Position numbers and translations under genes: made by a program. Source: Octopus bimaculoides (Eukaryota). From it: a stretch of DNA of 41,332 bases. Below are positions 12,167-24,870 of this stretch, one piece after another (position 1 is the stretch's first letter; every line of letters begins with the position of its first letter). The DNA lies in contig NC_068982.1 in the NCBI RefSeq assembly GCF_001194135.2, positions 88,177,895-88,219,226 of the forward strand, read 5' to 3'. The notes below the pieces were generated by a model. That model worked only from the letters and a program-made list of their open reading frames with translations, was not told the DNA's origin and did not search any database.

Positions 12167-14455
12167 GTTTAATGAAGTTATATAACTGAAATGTACTATA
12201 ATTCTATAGGATTTCCACAATTCCATTAAAGCTTTTCAGACTCAATACAGAAGTAATAGGCCTTTATTGATTGTACACCTAAACTAATGTACTGCGTCCG
12301 AGAGCAACGCAGATCAACCTTCATTAATATCTGTTAAACTATTACGAGATCGATTGGCTTTAACTTATGAAAATAGATGATTTGATGTATGTGATTTATT
12401 TTCGTTGTTCTGAGCGCAGATCCCGCTGCAGTGGATACACTGAGTACTACAAATATAAAACTCTTAATCCAATAAATTGCTCTCCTTCTCTAGGAATAAG
12501 GTTTTGTAAGGAATTCGATCCTAAATTATATTTTGCAAACTTCCGGAGCCGATAAAATAAGTAACGATGAAGTCCTTCGTAACGATATGATGAGCTATTC
12601 CTCTTCTCACTAAGTCTATAATATCATACTTATGTTAGAAATCGATATTAATTGGTCAAGCTGAAGGAGATATAGACTAGACATCGAGTCACATCGATGC
12701 TACTTCGCGATTCTCACGTGAGTGAATTACAAATTTTCAGTTCAATATCTACATGATTAAAAGAATAATTCGATTCTAGTTTCGCTCCCATTAAGTTAGC
12801 TAAATATCTTTTCTTCAAAAAAGTTGCTGATATATACATAAACGATTAATATCAATATTGATAGAACTGTAGTTTAAGGGTAAATATTTGATTACTTGAT
12901 CTTCGACAAGATCTCGATACCCGATAATTGCCATTTAACTTCACATACATAATTAACACTATTAAGAAATGTATTCATATTATTAAGACTTCTTTCCTCT
13001 TGCCTTGTAAATGTAATGCTTTGAAATCATATAACAAATAAGCATTGTTTTCTTTATTGTGTCATAAATCAATATCAATTCCAGATGTAGAATGTTGGTA
13101 ATAATATGAATTTAATAGAACGAAAATCACACAATAAAGCGAGATTGACGTTTTTATGTGTTGTCATAAATTTAGAACTCAACATACACAGCAGCAGCCA
13201 AATTCAATCTTAAGACATTGTACAATGATTACATCATTTGACTGCATCCTTCCAATTAGTTTCAAATTGAATCACACATCCTATCTGGTGCTACTGACGT
13301 AATTGCAGACACTGCAATTAAGTTATTCACTATTGATGGAATAACTCATTGGTCTCATCTGTGCCTGATGTCAATTGATCACAGAAAAGAATGGAAAACT
13401 CCGCACTATTTTCAATAACAATATTTCCATCCTTTTATCTAAATAGGTACCAGGATGTAGATAACCGACGTCGTGCAGGTTTACGGGGCTGATCAAATAT
13501 ATTTTCGTCAATTCATTATACATTGCAAGCAAGACGTGTTGCAACAATAATAACAAAAGAAAAACCAAGAACACATATAATTGGTTTGATATGATTATAA
13601 ACTATTTTAAGAATAATATCCTTTAGGTAATTTGGTTTTCTGATTATCGTATGAGGAGAGGCAGGGCTTATGATATTGTTAGGCACCTTAGCTGAGTGAG
13701 TTCCATGTGTTTTATTTTCAACTTGAGCATCTGTGGAACGATATCTGCAGGAAATACGTGTGTGAGGAGAAAATCCTGTGGATTGTATTCTTAGAAAGAA
13801 GACTTGGGAATCTGGACAAGAGAGAAAGTAAATGTGACAAGGGAAGAAACTCATTGTTGAAAGGTATACACTATTACCTAGTTTAGGGCCTCAGTCCCAT
13901 ATTAATAGCGATATCTAACCCTATTACGCTTTGAGATAACGCATATACTCGTATTTCAAACTTGATACAAACCCAACAGTTTTCTAATGTTATTGTATCA
14001 CTAGCTATTATGGTTTATAACTGCCCAACTTATTACATCATCGGCATTAAATCACCTTACAAATCGTGGTTTAATTATTTAAATTCTGTTACTAATCTTA
14101 ATTGATATAAAGAACACACTTTATAACTATAAGAATATTTTCGCAAATATTTCCTCGAGTTAAGCACTAGGAGATCCCATTTGAAAATTTTCAATGGAAA
14201 CAGGTTCATCTCAATGTGCAAATACATTGATTTTCTTATATTCTGTAATAAGTTACGGCCGGGAATTCGAAGCAAATGACATCCATTGTTCTATAAAAAT
14301 AAAATAAATAATTAACTTTACTGAGTGATCTTTCAAGTTAATGTTTGACTGTTTTTGAGCTTGACGACGTGAGCTAGCTTGTACTCTGCCATCATATGAA
14401 TGACTGAACTAGTTCTCAGGTGGCTGCTGTTAAATACATGAGTGTGTGTATGTGC

Positions 14456-14457
<2 letters not shown>

Positions 14458-14487
<30 letters not shown>
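14458..14487. repeat. (CT)n microsatellite
   Basis: Direct run. Confidence 0.95.
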
Positions 14488-14491
<4 letters not shown>

Positions 14492-14902
14492 GCGTACGTG
14501 TGCTTGTGTCTATGTGTCTGTGTGTATGCACTCACACATATTTACACATATATCTGCGTGCTAGCGCGTGTCTGAATGATAGTATATACATTCAACGTTT
14601 TCCATGTACCAAAAAGCTAATTATTTAAACAACTTTAGTACCATAGAAGTACCAGTTAATTACTATGGTTAAAAGTTATTAACTTAAGCCGTTCCACTAA
14701 TGTACGTGGACTAATGCCAATGTAAAACATTCGTTTTGTTCTCACTCGTTATTCCTGTCAACACACTGCTGAACTCTGCTAGAACAAACCTCATAATTCT
14801 ATAATGAAAATTGTTCTAGCTGATGACATTTCGTCTCTCTTTGCAGGCAGTGTGCAGCAAGCTATATTAGACCACATAATCGAATATGCGCTTCTTTTCC
14901 TG

Positions 14903-15259
<357 letters not shown>

Positions 15260-15721
15260 GATGTTAGACTGTGATTTGAAAAGGATTGGTTACTATTTCT
15301 ACGGTATAGCACTATCTCATAGAAGCTCTGTATGCGATAGCTTAGAATTTGCAATAGCTTAATAGAGTTAGATAGATACATTACAATAACTTGCAAATAA
15401 AACCCAGCACTCAAATAACATTGACGTCAACTTTTACCGTTTCCTCTAAAAGAGCCGGGAAATGTATATTCGTGTTGATTCACCTTAGTATGCATCAATC
15501 CTCAACAACTGCCTACGTGATTGCATGACAACGCTGGCATAGGATTTCAGGCCAAGTAAATCTTTCACTGGTTTTATATCCTAGTATAATCACTTTCCTT
15601 CTACCATTCTTATCTCCCTTATTTTTTTTGTTCTTATTATTATTGTCATCAATTGTCAATATTTTTTATCGTTGTTATTGCATTTCTTATTATCATTAAT
15701 GTTATTATTGTCAATATTATT

Positions 15722-15935
15722 AAGGAGGCGAGCTGACAGAATAGTTAAGACAACGGACAATATGATTAGCGGCATTTTTCTGGCACTGTCTTCTGCGTTT
15801 CAATACCATGGAGGTCGACTTTGCCTTTCATCCTCTTGAGATCGATAAAATATTACCAGCTGAGCACTTGGATCGACGTATTCGACTTTCTTCCCCCTCC
15901 ACAATACTGGTCTTGTGTCAAAATGTGGGACCATA
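15722..15935 (+). mobile_element. tRNA-derived SINE, family B, with (TAA)n tail
   Basis: AAGGAGGCGAGCTGACAGAA head, GAGGTCGACTTTGCCTTTCATCC body, ...TCGAC... 3' module; homologous to 30577-30794 and 33567-33790. Confidence 0.85.
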
Positions 15936-15965
15936 ATAATAATAATAATAATAGTAATAATAATA

Positions 15966-16553
15966 ACAGACACGACAGAGCTGGGACTTATATACACTGG
16001 AAGCTATGCCAACACTATGGAATAACAACAGAAAAAGATGGTATAAACACACGCCAGAAAAGGTTACAGAAAACGAGAAAGCAACCATACTCTGGGAGAT
16101 GCCAATACACACAGATAGAGAAATTAAGGCAAATAGATCAGATATAGTTGTCAAAGATCATGAAGAAAAAAAAATGCTTTCTAATTGATGTATCAATACC
16201 AGCAGATGACAACGTTTCTCTAAAAGAAATGGAAAAACTTTCAAAATACAAAGACCTGGAAATAGAGATAACTCGAATGTGGAATCTAAAAACAGAAACA
16301 ATTCCTATCATAGTAGGTGCCTTAGGTATAATAAAAAAATATTCAGACAAATACATAACAAAAACACCAGGACTAACAAATATATATAACATACAGAAAA
16401 TTGCACTACTGGGTACTGCACACATTCTACGCAAAACACTTTCTATACAGTAAACATAAGAGCACCACAGCAAACCACAGCACATACCCAAGGCGCACAG
16501 AGCTGCGCTCAGTAGTGAAGTGAAAGCACGTTATAAAAATAAAACTACTGAAC
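15966..16553 (+). mobile_element. R4/Dong-clade LINE, 5'-truncated copy with restriction-like endonuclease domain and 3'UTR
   Basis: RHDRAGTYIHWKLCQHYG...ILWEMPIHTDREIKANRSDIVVKD...LIDVSIPADDNVSLKEMEKLSKYKDLEIEITRMW...LLGTAHILRKTLSIQ* (RLE PD..D..KxxKY motif; two frameshifts at A-runs). Flanked by (TAA)n on both sides. Confidence 0.92.
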
Positions 16554-16571
16554 AATAATAATAATAATAAT

Positions 16572-16745
16572 CAGCGGAAGACCAAGCTTTGCCAACGAAC
16601 TGGAAGGTCAACCTTAGGAATGCGCAACTGTCTCCGTTGTGCCGCATCTGCAATAACGTGGATGAAACCATTGCCCATATCACGAACGAATGCCCTAGAC
16701 TTGTGGTAGAGAAGGTGCACCACATAGTTGATGTTGTATGCCCTT
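16572..16745 (+). mobile_element. R4/Dong LINE fragment (CCHC zinc knuckle)
   Basis: AEDQALPTNW...SPLCRICNNVDETIAHITNECPRL, matching AQEQAL...CRxC...ETxxHxxxxC. Confidence 0.8.
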
Positions 16746-16809
16746 TGACCCACGAGTAATCTGGAAGGAAGACGAAAAGATAGATACAACCCTCTTAAGT
16801 ACGGTAGGG

Positions 16810-17165
16810 AAGTGAAAGTTTAATTTCTTCCGTAATTACACAATTTTCAGTTTTGATGACGCCGGCCTTCTTTATGTGTTTCAGCAGTGGCTCCAATGCA
16901 TTTTTTTATATACCACTCTAGGCTGTTTTTCTCCGCTTCGATACAGTCCTGACAACTGATTAAACCTCTCCTTTTCTTCTGGACAAGTGCAGCCTATCGG
17001 TGATATCACTCTTAGGTTGGCAGTCTCTGTGTACTGTCAACATTTTTCTGGTCTTGGTATCCATTTTCTTCATTTCACTCTTTTGCCATTTTATAATTCC
17101 TGCTCCATACCGAAGTGATTCTATTGCCCACGTATTAACTGCTTGGATTTTATTCCATCCAGTCA

Positions 17166-17166
<1 letters not shown>
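16810..17166 (-). mobile_element. R4/Dong LINE fragment (post-RT/thumb region)
   Basis: LTGWNKIQAVNTWAIESLRYGAGIIKWQKSEMKKMDTKTRKMLTVHRDCQPKSDITDRLHLSRRKG. Confidence 0.85.
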
Positions 17167-17220
<54 letters not shown>

Positions 17221-17221
17221 C

Positions 17222-17294
<73 letters not shown>
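17167..17294. repeat. compound (TTA)n(CAT)n microsatellite
   Basis: Direct run. Confidence 0.95.
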
Positions 17295-17295
<1 letters not shown>

Positions 17296-17789
17296 ACATT
17301 TCCTGATATGCCAACTAAAATCATTAATACTTGTCTGACGTGAACACAATAGGAAAGAAAAGCAAAAGGATGAAATGAATTCTCTAGAGATGAAGAAATG
17401 CACAATATATTTTAGATATCTTGAAAAGGAATTATAGCACGGATAAGACTTGATGGCTGTTGAAAATCCATGTAAAGAAAAGGTAAAAAAAAAACTGCAT
17501 CGAAACTCTTGGAGCTTAATGCCGGCAGCAAGCAAAATTGGTTTAATATGGCAAGCCCAGGGAGAGTTTAGTTTAAAATGATTGAATTGTTGTTTTGGAA
17601 CTAATATAAAAATGGTATAAAATAGCAAGTTAAGAAAGAAAAACTAAGAGAAAAAAATAACATATACAGTAAAGACTTTATAAACTCTAATATATTCTTC
17701 ACAGCAGATATTGAATACAACTGTTTTACTTTATCGCTCATATATATATAATCTTGTGACAAAGTAAAATTTTATAAACTCCATTATTA

Positions 17790-18815
17790 ATGTTATTATT
17801 CTTATCATTTTCCAATTGAATTGCACTTTATTTCATCTTCTGACCGGGTCTCAGCCAGAGAACTAAGGCACGTATATGTTAGATGGAGAGAATTTTCTTG
17901 AGAATGTGGGCGGTACATTTGAACAATTTTTTTTTGAGTTTCACTGATTGTTCGTTTCCCAGGGATGTGATTCTCAAATTTCTCAGTACCTTTCTTGATC
18001 ATTCTCAGAGCACCACCAACGACAGAGATGGTTTTAGTTTTTAATTATCACGTCCTAAATATCTCAATCTCAAGGTGCTTATATTTCGACAGTGTTTCAA
18101 ATTCCCTTGTTGAGATGCTTCTATCAGTAGGTACTGTTATGTCAATTAACAGGTATGTTTTTTTTTATTTGTTTTAAGTCTTTGATAACGATGTTTGGTC
18201 TGTTAACATTTATTTGTTAACATTTATCTGTATGTATTCCATAATCCCATAGGATGGTAACATTCTCTGCCTTAGTGACTGGCTCTGGTAGGTGCTCATA
18301 TCATTTCTTAGGGTGCAGGATATCATAGTGACGGCATATTTTCTCGTGCAAGTATTGGCCAACTCGATTATGCTTGGTTTTATATTCTGTAGGGGCAAGT
18401 ACTGAGCAACCGGCAACAATGTGGTCAATACTCTCAAGTTTGTTATTGCAAAGTCTATGCTTTGTGTCTACCTCATTGTGTGTGACATTAACTTGATCGT
18501 TCCAGGTGAGGAGTCTCTGGTCTTGTGTTGCTAGGATGAATCCTTCTATTCCTGCTTTCAAACCAACACTCAGCAGCCATTGATGGGTTCTTATATTTAC
18601 ATCAGCTTCTCGTTTGGGGTATTGCTTATGTAATGGGTTTTCTTTGATATTTCTTTCAAGCTTTCCTGCCTGCCTTTTGTTTTACACTTTTTGCTGCCCT
18701 AGTAGGTGGTGTGTCCTCCTTGTCCTCATCATGGCTAAGATCTCTTCTGTATCTACACGTGACATTTGAGAGATTGAGTACAGTTTCCTACTCTGTTCTT
18801 GTTGCCTTACCAGCT
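17790..18815 (-). mobile_element. R4/Dong LINE relic, 3' segment (part B of a fragmented ~3-kb copy)
   Basis: QLVRQQEQSRKLYSISQ...KAGIEGFILATQDQRLLT...RLCNNKLESIDHIVAGCSVLAPTEYKTKHNRVGQYLH...ILWDYGIHTDK...SKYKHLEIEI...GGALRMIKK, then 3'UTR and a degenerate TAA tail. Confidence 0.9.
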
Positions 18816-18867
18816 ATACAGCTAGTAAGGCAACAAAAACAGAGTAGGAAACTGTACACAATCTCTC

Positions 18868-18869
<2 letters not shown>
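18766..18869. repeat. 104-bp near-perfect palindrome (fold-back of LINE sequence)
   Basis: TTGAGAGATTGAGTACAGTTTCCTACTCTGTTCTTGTTGCCTTAC ... GTAAGGCAACAAAAACAGAGTAGGAAACTGTACACAATCTCTCAA: 45-bp arms with 2 mismatches. Confidence 0.95.
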
Positions 18870-18923
<54 letters not shown>

Positions 18924-18930
18924 CATATAT

Positions 18931-19083
18931 ACGACGGGCTTCTTCCAGTTTCCGGCTATAAAATCACTCAAAAGGCTTTGGTCGGCTCGAAGCTATAGTA
19001 GAAGACTCTTGCCCAAGGTGCCACGTAGTGGGAGTGAACCCGGAAACATGTGGTTGGTAAGCAAGCTACTTACCATACAGCAG
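18931..19083 (-). mobile_element. SINE family A, 5' half (inverted)
   Basis: Reverse complement matches 22750-22905 (GGTAAGTAGCTTGCTTACCAACCACATG...GGCACCTTGGGCAAG...AAGCCCGTCGTATATATG). Confidence 0.92.
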
Positions 19084-19833
<750 letters not shown>

Positions 19834-20057
19834 AATATGTTTGTGTGTCTGTGTTTGTCCACCAACATCGCTTGATGACCGATGTTAGTGTGTTTACGTG
19901 CCCGTCATCTAGCGGTTCGGCAAAAGAACCGATAGAATAAGTACTAGGCTTACAAAGAATATGTCCTGTGGTCGATTTCTTCGACTAAAGGCGGTACTCC
20001 AGCATGGCCGCAGTCAAATGACTGAAACAAGAAAGAGAGTACCAGAGTAAAAGAGTA
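19834..20057 (+). mobile_element. SINE family A, 3' half with (AAGAGTA)-type tail
   Basis: Matches 23150-23371. Confidence 0.92.
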
Positions 20058-20770
20058 ATTTGTTCTATTCAACTCATGTGACAAGGGAATGAAGAAAGAC
20101 AGGAAAGGAGAGGGAGAGTTAATCGCTCTGGAATATTCAACGATCTATTTTGATGTTCTCTGACACGTACGAGAGCTTTTCGTGGTTAAGACATAATTTT
20201 GTGTTCCACAGTCCCATTCTGTGCTATAGAAAATCTTTTAGGAAAGAAGAGATGTTGTATATATATCCAGTGCCTTTAAAATCCAGCTATCTGGAACACT
20301 GTCAAATGCCTTACAATAGTCAATCCACGCTGTGCCAGGATTTCGTTTTTTGGATAAGCAATTTTCGAGTATCATACGGTTTATTAATAACTAGTCTTTG
20401 CAACCGTATAAGTTACTTTTGCATTCTTTTTGTTCCAGGGGTAAGATGTTGTTTTATCGAGAAATTGATACATCCTGTTGGAGAGAATGGATGTAAGTAA
20501 GTTGTACACGGTGATCAAACAAACAATCGGGCTCTAGTATTTTTTTGTCATTCGTTTTAGGAAGTGGGTATGTTAACCCTAATGTTAGCCAGATTGGAGC
20601 CTTTTCAGGGTTTCTGAGGATGTTAAAGAACCATTCCATTAACTGACGTTGTGATTATAAGAGGCTAGTGATCCAGAAGCTTGGGATTTTATCATGTGCA
20701 GGAGGCTTCTACTTATGAGCTTTGTTTCTGCTCTTTTGAATCTAAGTTTAAGCTCTCTGCTGAGATCGAC
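20058..20770 (-). mobile_element. R4/Dong LINE relic, 5' RT segment (part C)
   Basis: HK*KPPAHDKIPSFW...PIWLTLGLTYPLPK...GCKDQLLINK...AWIDYCKAFDSVPHSWI...IFQSD*LSPLL...SHELNRTNY. Confidence 0.88.
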
Positions 20771-20890
20771 TTTGCTTTTCCTCACTTTCAGTTCGATGAA
20801 ATAAGTATCAGTTAGGCTCAGGGGTCGTTTTAATCGACTAACTCCTCCCGCAAATTTTCAGGCCTTGTGTCTGTAATAGAAGGGAATATT
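20762..20890 (+). mobile_element. SINE family B fragment
   Basis: GAGATCGACTTTGCTTTTCC...GGGGTCGTTTTAATCGACT...CAGGCCTTGTG. Confidence 0.75.
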
Positions 20891-22208
20891 AGGAATATAT
20901 GTAGTTGAAGGGGAAGAACAGTCGTAGTAACACCATCAACACATTTCGTAAAATTCGCATATTTAGTTGCGTTATATATTGTAGATTTCATTTGTTTTCT
21001 TTTATGTAGAATAACTACCGGTCAACAAATACGGCAGATATGACTTTTCTCTCTTTTACAATTTACTAGAGTTTGTACCACTTTTACAAATCCTCATCAG
21101 ACAAGATTTAGCGGTCTGAAATGAAGGATTTTCATCTTTTTGCTCGTCTGTATAACTGATAGAAAATACTTTAGTATTCTGGAACTTGAAACATTAAAAA
21201 TTTACGTGAGCCCAGTCTTCCTCTAATCGAAGTTGGACAAACATATTATGGAACATACCAAAATATTCTAAGTAGACACATGTACGAAGTACCGAAAATG
21301 TTTTATGAAAAAAGGAAGCAAGTTTTCAAAAATTAGTGTGTTCTAACTGACTTAGAGGAGTACCATCTCCAAGTACAGACATTCACAGATTGGTCAAATT
21401 TGAACTGGTCTTCGTAAGATGACGTCTATAAGTAGTGTTTGTATTGACTTATGTAGAGAACTAGGGAAAAACTTTCTTCGATTCAGATTGACAGAGAAAT
21501 GAGTTGTATTATACAGAGATATTTCTACAATGTAGAGACATATATATTTTCGAACAACCTGGGATACAGAATTTGATTAGCATTTTGAGACCCTGTATTT
21601 CAGTGATCTGCGTTAGAAGGTTCTTGAGGATTTCTTAAAACTATATGCTTAGTTAAGTATCTCTCTTACATGTAGAAAAATGTTTTTCAGAGCTTAGGCG
21701 CCACTCGAGGCATTAACTATAAGTTTGAATTAGTTTATTCTCAGCTAACCAGCTTCTGACAATCAGTGACACCACTTCATAAAATGCATTGTCGATGACA
21801 GACTGCCATAATAAAACTCAAAGAAAGAGTTGGAGTTTATGTGACCCAAGATCAGGTGGAGCTGTTTAAACATGCTGTGATTATTTCAGATTATTGTAAC
21901 TGTAAGACTGTAAAACTGGTGATAAAAGAGATGTACTCCAGATATGAGAGCTGTAATAAGCAGATGTATCATTATGTTGTTTAATGTCCTAGCTATTATT
22001 AAGTTGAGAAATAGAGCAATGACTTTCCTTAACTGAATACGGAGAAATGCAAAAGACGAACAGTTAATTCTGTCTAATATGAAATAAAAGGAATAACAAG
22101 ATTAAGATAGCCAGGGAGCGAAAGATTGTGACACAAACCAAAGAGATAGTGTAGCTCAGATTGTAAAATAGAATATCGAATGGGAGGTAAAGAATGGTTT
22201 TGAAACCG

Positions 22209-22245
22209 AAGACACGCGTACAAAGACACGCGTACAAAGACACGC
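22209..22245. repeat. 14-bp tandem repeat (AAGACACGCGTACA)x2.6
   Basis: Direct. Confidence 0.9.
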
Positions 22246-22272
22246 CTATATATCTATATCTACATCTATCTT

Positions 22273-22304
<32 letters not shown>

Positions 22305-22477
22305 TCTATCTATATCCATATTTATATACATATATACGTACATACATACATACGCACATATATATATATATACATATATATTTATTGGTACGTGTACACA
22401 TACATGTATTTATATGTGTGCATGTGTGTATGTGTGTTTTAGTCTATGAGTGTGTATATGTGTGCGTGTGTGTGTGT

Positions 22478-22722
22478 TTTGAAGACGCGTCGGTTAGGGT
22501 ATTCAGGTCACGAAAGTAAGGTCGTAAGTTCCATTCCGGGCTGTGTGATGTGTCCTTGAGCAAGACGCTTTACTTCACCTTGCTGGCAAAAATGAGTTGT
22601 ACCTGTTTTGTGAATGGTAAACCTTGTCACATTCTGTGTCACGCGCTGAATCCGGTTGAAAACTACGCTAACTGTGCACTTGTCTGCCGTTTGCAGATTC
22701 ATTCATTACGAACTGGAAGATA
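22478..22722 (+). mobile_element. tRNA-derived SINE, family C (CORE-like segment)
   Basis: GGTTAGGGTATTC...GTAAGTTCCATTCC (tRNA-like boxes) followed by TGTGTCCTTGAGCAAGACGCTTTAC, resembling the CORE motif TGACCTTGGGCAAGTCACTT. Confidence 0.7.
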
Positions 22723-22749
22723 TATATATAGGTAAGATATATATATATA

Positions 22750-23371
22750 GGAGTGGCTGTGTGGTAAGTAGCTTGCTTACCAACCACATGCTTCCGGGTT
22801 CAGTCCCACTGCGTGGCACCTTTGGCAAGTGTCTTCTACTATAGCCTCGGGCCGACCAAAGCCTTGTGAGTGGATTTGGTAGACGGAAACTGAAAGCCCG
22901 TCGTATATATGTATGTANNNNNNNNNNNNNNNNNNNNNNNNNNNNNNNNNNNNNNNNNNNNNNNNNNNNNNNNNNNNNNNNNNNNNNNNNNNNNNNNNNN
23001 NNNNNNNNNNNNNNNNNNNNNNNNNNNNNNNNNNNNNNNNNNNNNNNNNNNNNNNNNNNNNNNNNNNNNNNNNNNNNNNNNNNNNNNNNNNNNNNNNNNN
23101 NNNNNNNNNNNNNNNNNNNNNNNNATATATATGTGTGTGTGTGTGTATGTGTGTTTGTGTGTCTGTGTTTGTCCTCCCACCATCGCTTGACAACCGATGC
23201 TGGTGTGTTTACGTCCCCGTAACTTAGCGGTTCGGCAAAACGAGACCGATAGAATAAGTACTAGGCTTACAAAGAATAAGTCCTGGGGTCGATTAACTCG
23301 ACTAAAGGCGGTGCTCCAGCATGGCCACAGTCAAATGACTGAAACAAGTAAAAGAGTAAAGAGTAAAGAGT
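22750..23371 (+). mobile_element. tRNA-derived SINE, family A, near full length (internal (TA)n(TG)n contains gap N 22918-23124)
   Basis: GGAGTGGCTGTGTGGTAAG A-box, GGGTTCAGTCCC B-box, CORE-like GGCACCTTTGGCAAGTGTCTTC, internal microsatellite, AAGAGTA-type tail. Confidence 0.92.
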
Positions 23372-24502
23372 ATATATACACGCCTTTATTTTATTAGGCT
23401 CAAATCTCATTTGCGGAACCATGAAATATGAACCACTACCAGCCACTCTGCCTATATATTTGTGCACACCTTTCAATGCCCTGTATACCATAATATATGC
23501 AAATCTAACGGAGGCCTCAAAAGACATTTTAAATTCCACAATGATCAGAACTTAAATGCAGCTCATGGTGGCTCAAATCAGATATGCGATCTATGATTGT
23601 CTTTTCAATACACTGGTTTAAAAGCCACATCAGACGTCATGATAGATCTAAGGTGTAAGTACAACAGGTGGTCAGACGCTGCATTAGGAGTAGACAACCA
23701 CACACACACACACACACACACATATAGATATGTATGTATGTGTGCGTGCGTGCGTGTGCGCGTGCGCGTGCGTATATCTATGAATGAACATTGTATGTGC
23801 GATTGTTAAGCTTGAGATTTATCTGCAACTTATCGTAAAGATGAAATTACAAACTGCAAAGTTTTCCTATTCAAAATTTATATTTCGGCCCACTTCAAAT
23901 TAGTGAATAAAGCTAACAGAAATGGGATGAATTAAACGAGTTGAAATGCGCCAAGTATCGATGATATAATCAATAAAATTATATATACCTATTGATTTTT
24001 ATAGCACGGGTAATGGTTTCTTGCTTGTTCCAGTAAGAACTTTATGAGAATGTCTTTCTTTGTTCTTGAAATATGCAAATACGGAGTATTGACGCTGATC
24101 TTACAAAGTGCTGCCTTTAGACGGATACTATCGTAAAGCTGAACTGCTTTCGTGCCATGCAATAGCCAAAGATACAGACATTTTATGAAGCATAGTTTAA
24201 AGAAGTTATTTTCATACTTAATCTTCCGCTTGACACCTTGACTCACATTTTTTATTGTTCTTTATACAAAGAAGCAAATCTTTTGGTATATTCTTGTATC
24301 AAATGGTATCAGAAATAACTTTAGTAGTATAATGACGTCATTGACTAAATTCTCATGTAGAATAATCTGTTTTCCACTAGTTCTAGCTGATTTGTACGAA
24401 GGCCTAGAAAAATCAACTGGGTTTTTTACTCGTAAATGAATTGCAGGTAATATATTTCACTTTGATCTTCGAAAATGCATAAGTGCTAATAATCCACTCA
24501 AG

Positions 24503-24680
24503 TACAGGTGCAAGGCCAGAAATTTTGGGGGATGGAGCTAATCAATTAAACCGATCCAACCACCCAACTGCTGCTTATCTTAGCGATCAAGAAATGATGA
24601 ATGGGAAGCCCGACTTCGGTGGACGGACGAAATGCCGCCAAGCATTTTGTGTGACGTGCTAACGATTCTACAGCTCGTTA
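24503..24680 (-). mobile_element. SINE family B (degenerate)
   Basis: Reverse complement of the head: GACGAAATGCCGCCAAGCATTT...GCTAACGATTCTACAGCTCG. Confidence 0.8.
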
Positions 24681-24719
24681 ATAATAATTTCTAAAGTAGA
24701 TTAGACTTTTTGGAGAAGG

Positions 24720-24870
24720 GAACAGGCACCCCATCGACCCCCCAATATTTATTTTATTTTATTTATTTTATCAATTCAAGAAGGATGAATAAAAAGTTGA
24801 CCTTTGAAGGATTGTAACTCAGAAAGTGAAAAACGGGAACAAATATTATCCGACACTCCAACGGTTGTGT
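24720..24870 (-). mobile_element. SINE family B (degenerate)
   Basis: ATCGACCCC...AAGGATGAATAAAAAGTTGACC...AACTCAGAA. Confidence 0.65.

Noticed and set aside
13371-13854. Minus-strand ORFs with a hydrophobic patch; plus-strand acceptor-led YQDVDNRRRAGLRG*
   Set aside because: No recognisable domain or consistent exon chain; AT-rich frames are hydrophobic by chance.
21040-21105. Minus-strand CTGATGAGG followed by TTTGTA/TACAAA stem
   Set aside because: No GAAA box after the stem, so it is not a hammerhead as it stands.
23989-24246. 85-aa minus ORF
   Set aside because: Composition looks like a non-coding DNA-transposon/MITE remnant; no TIR pair could be confirmed.
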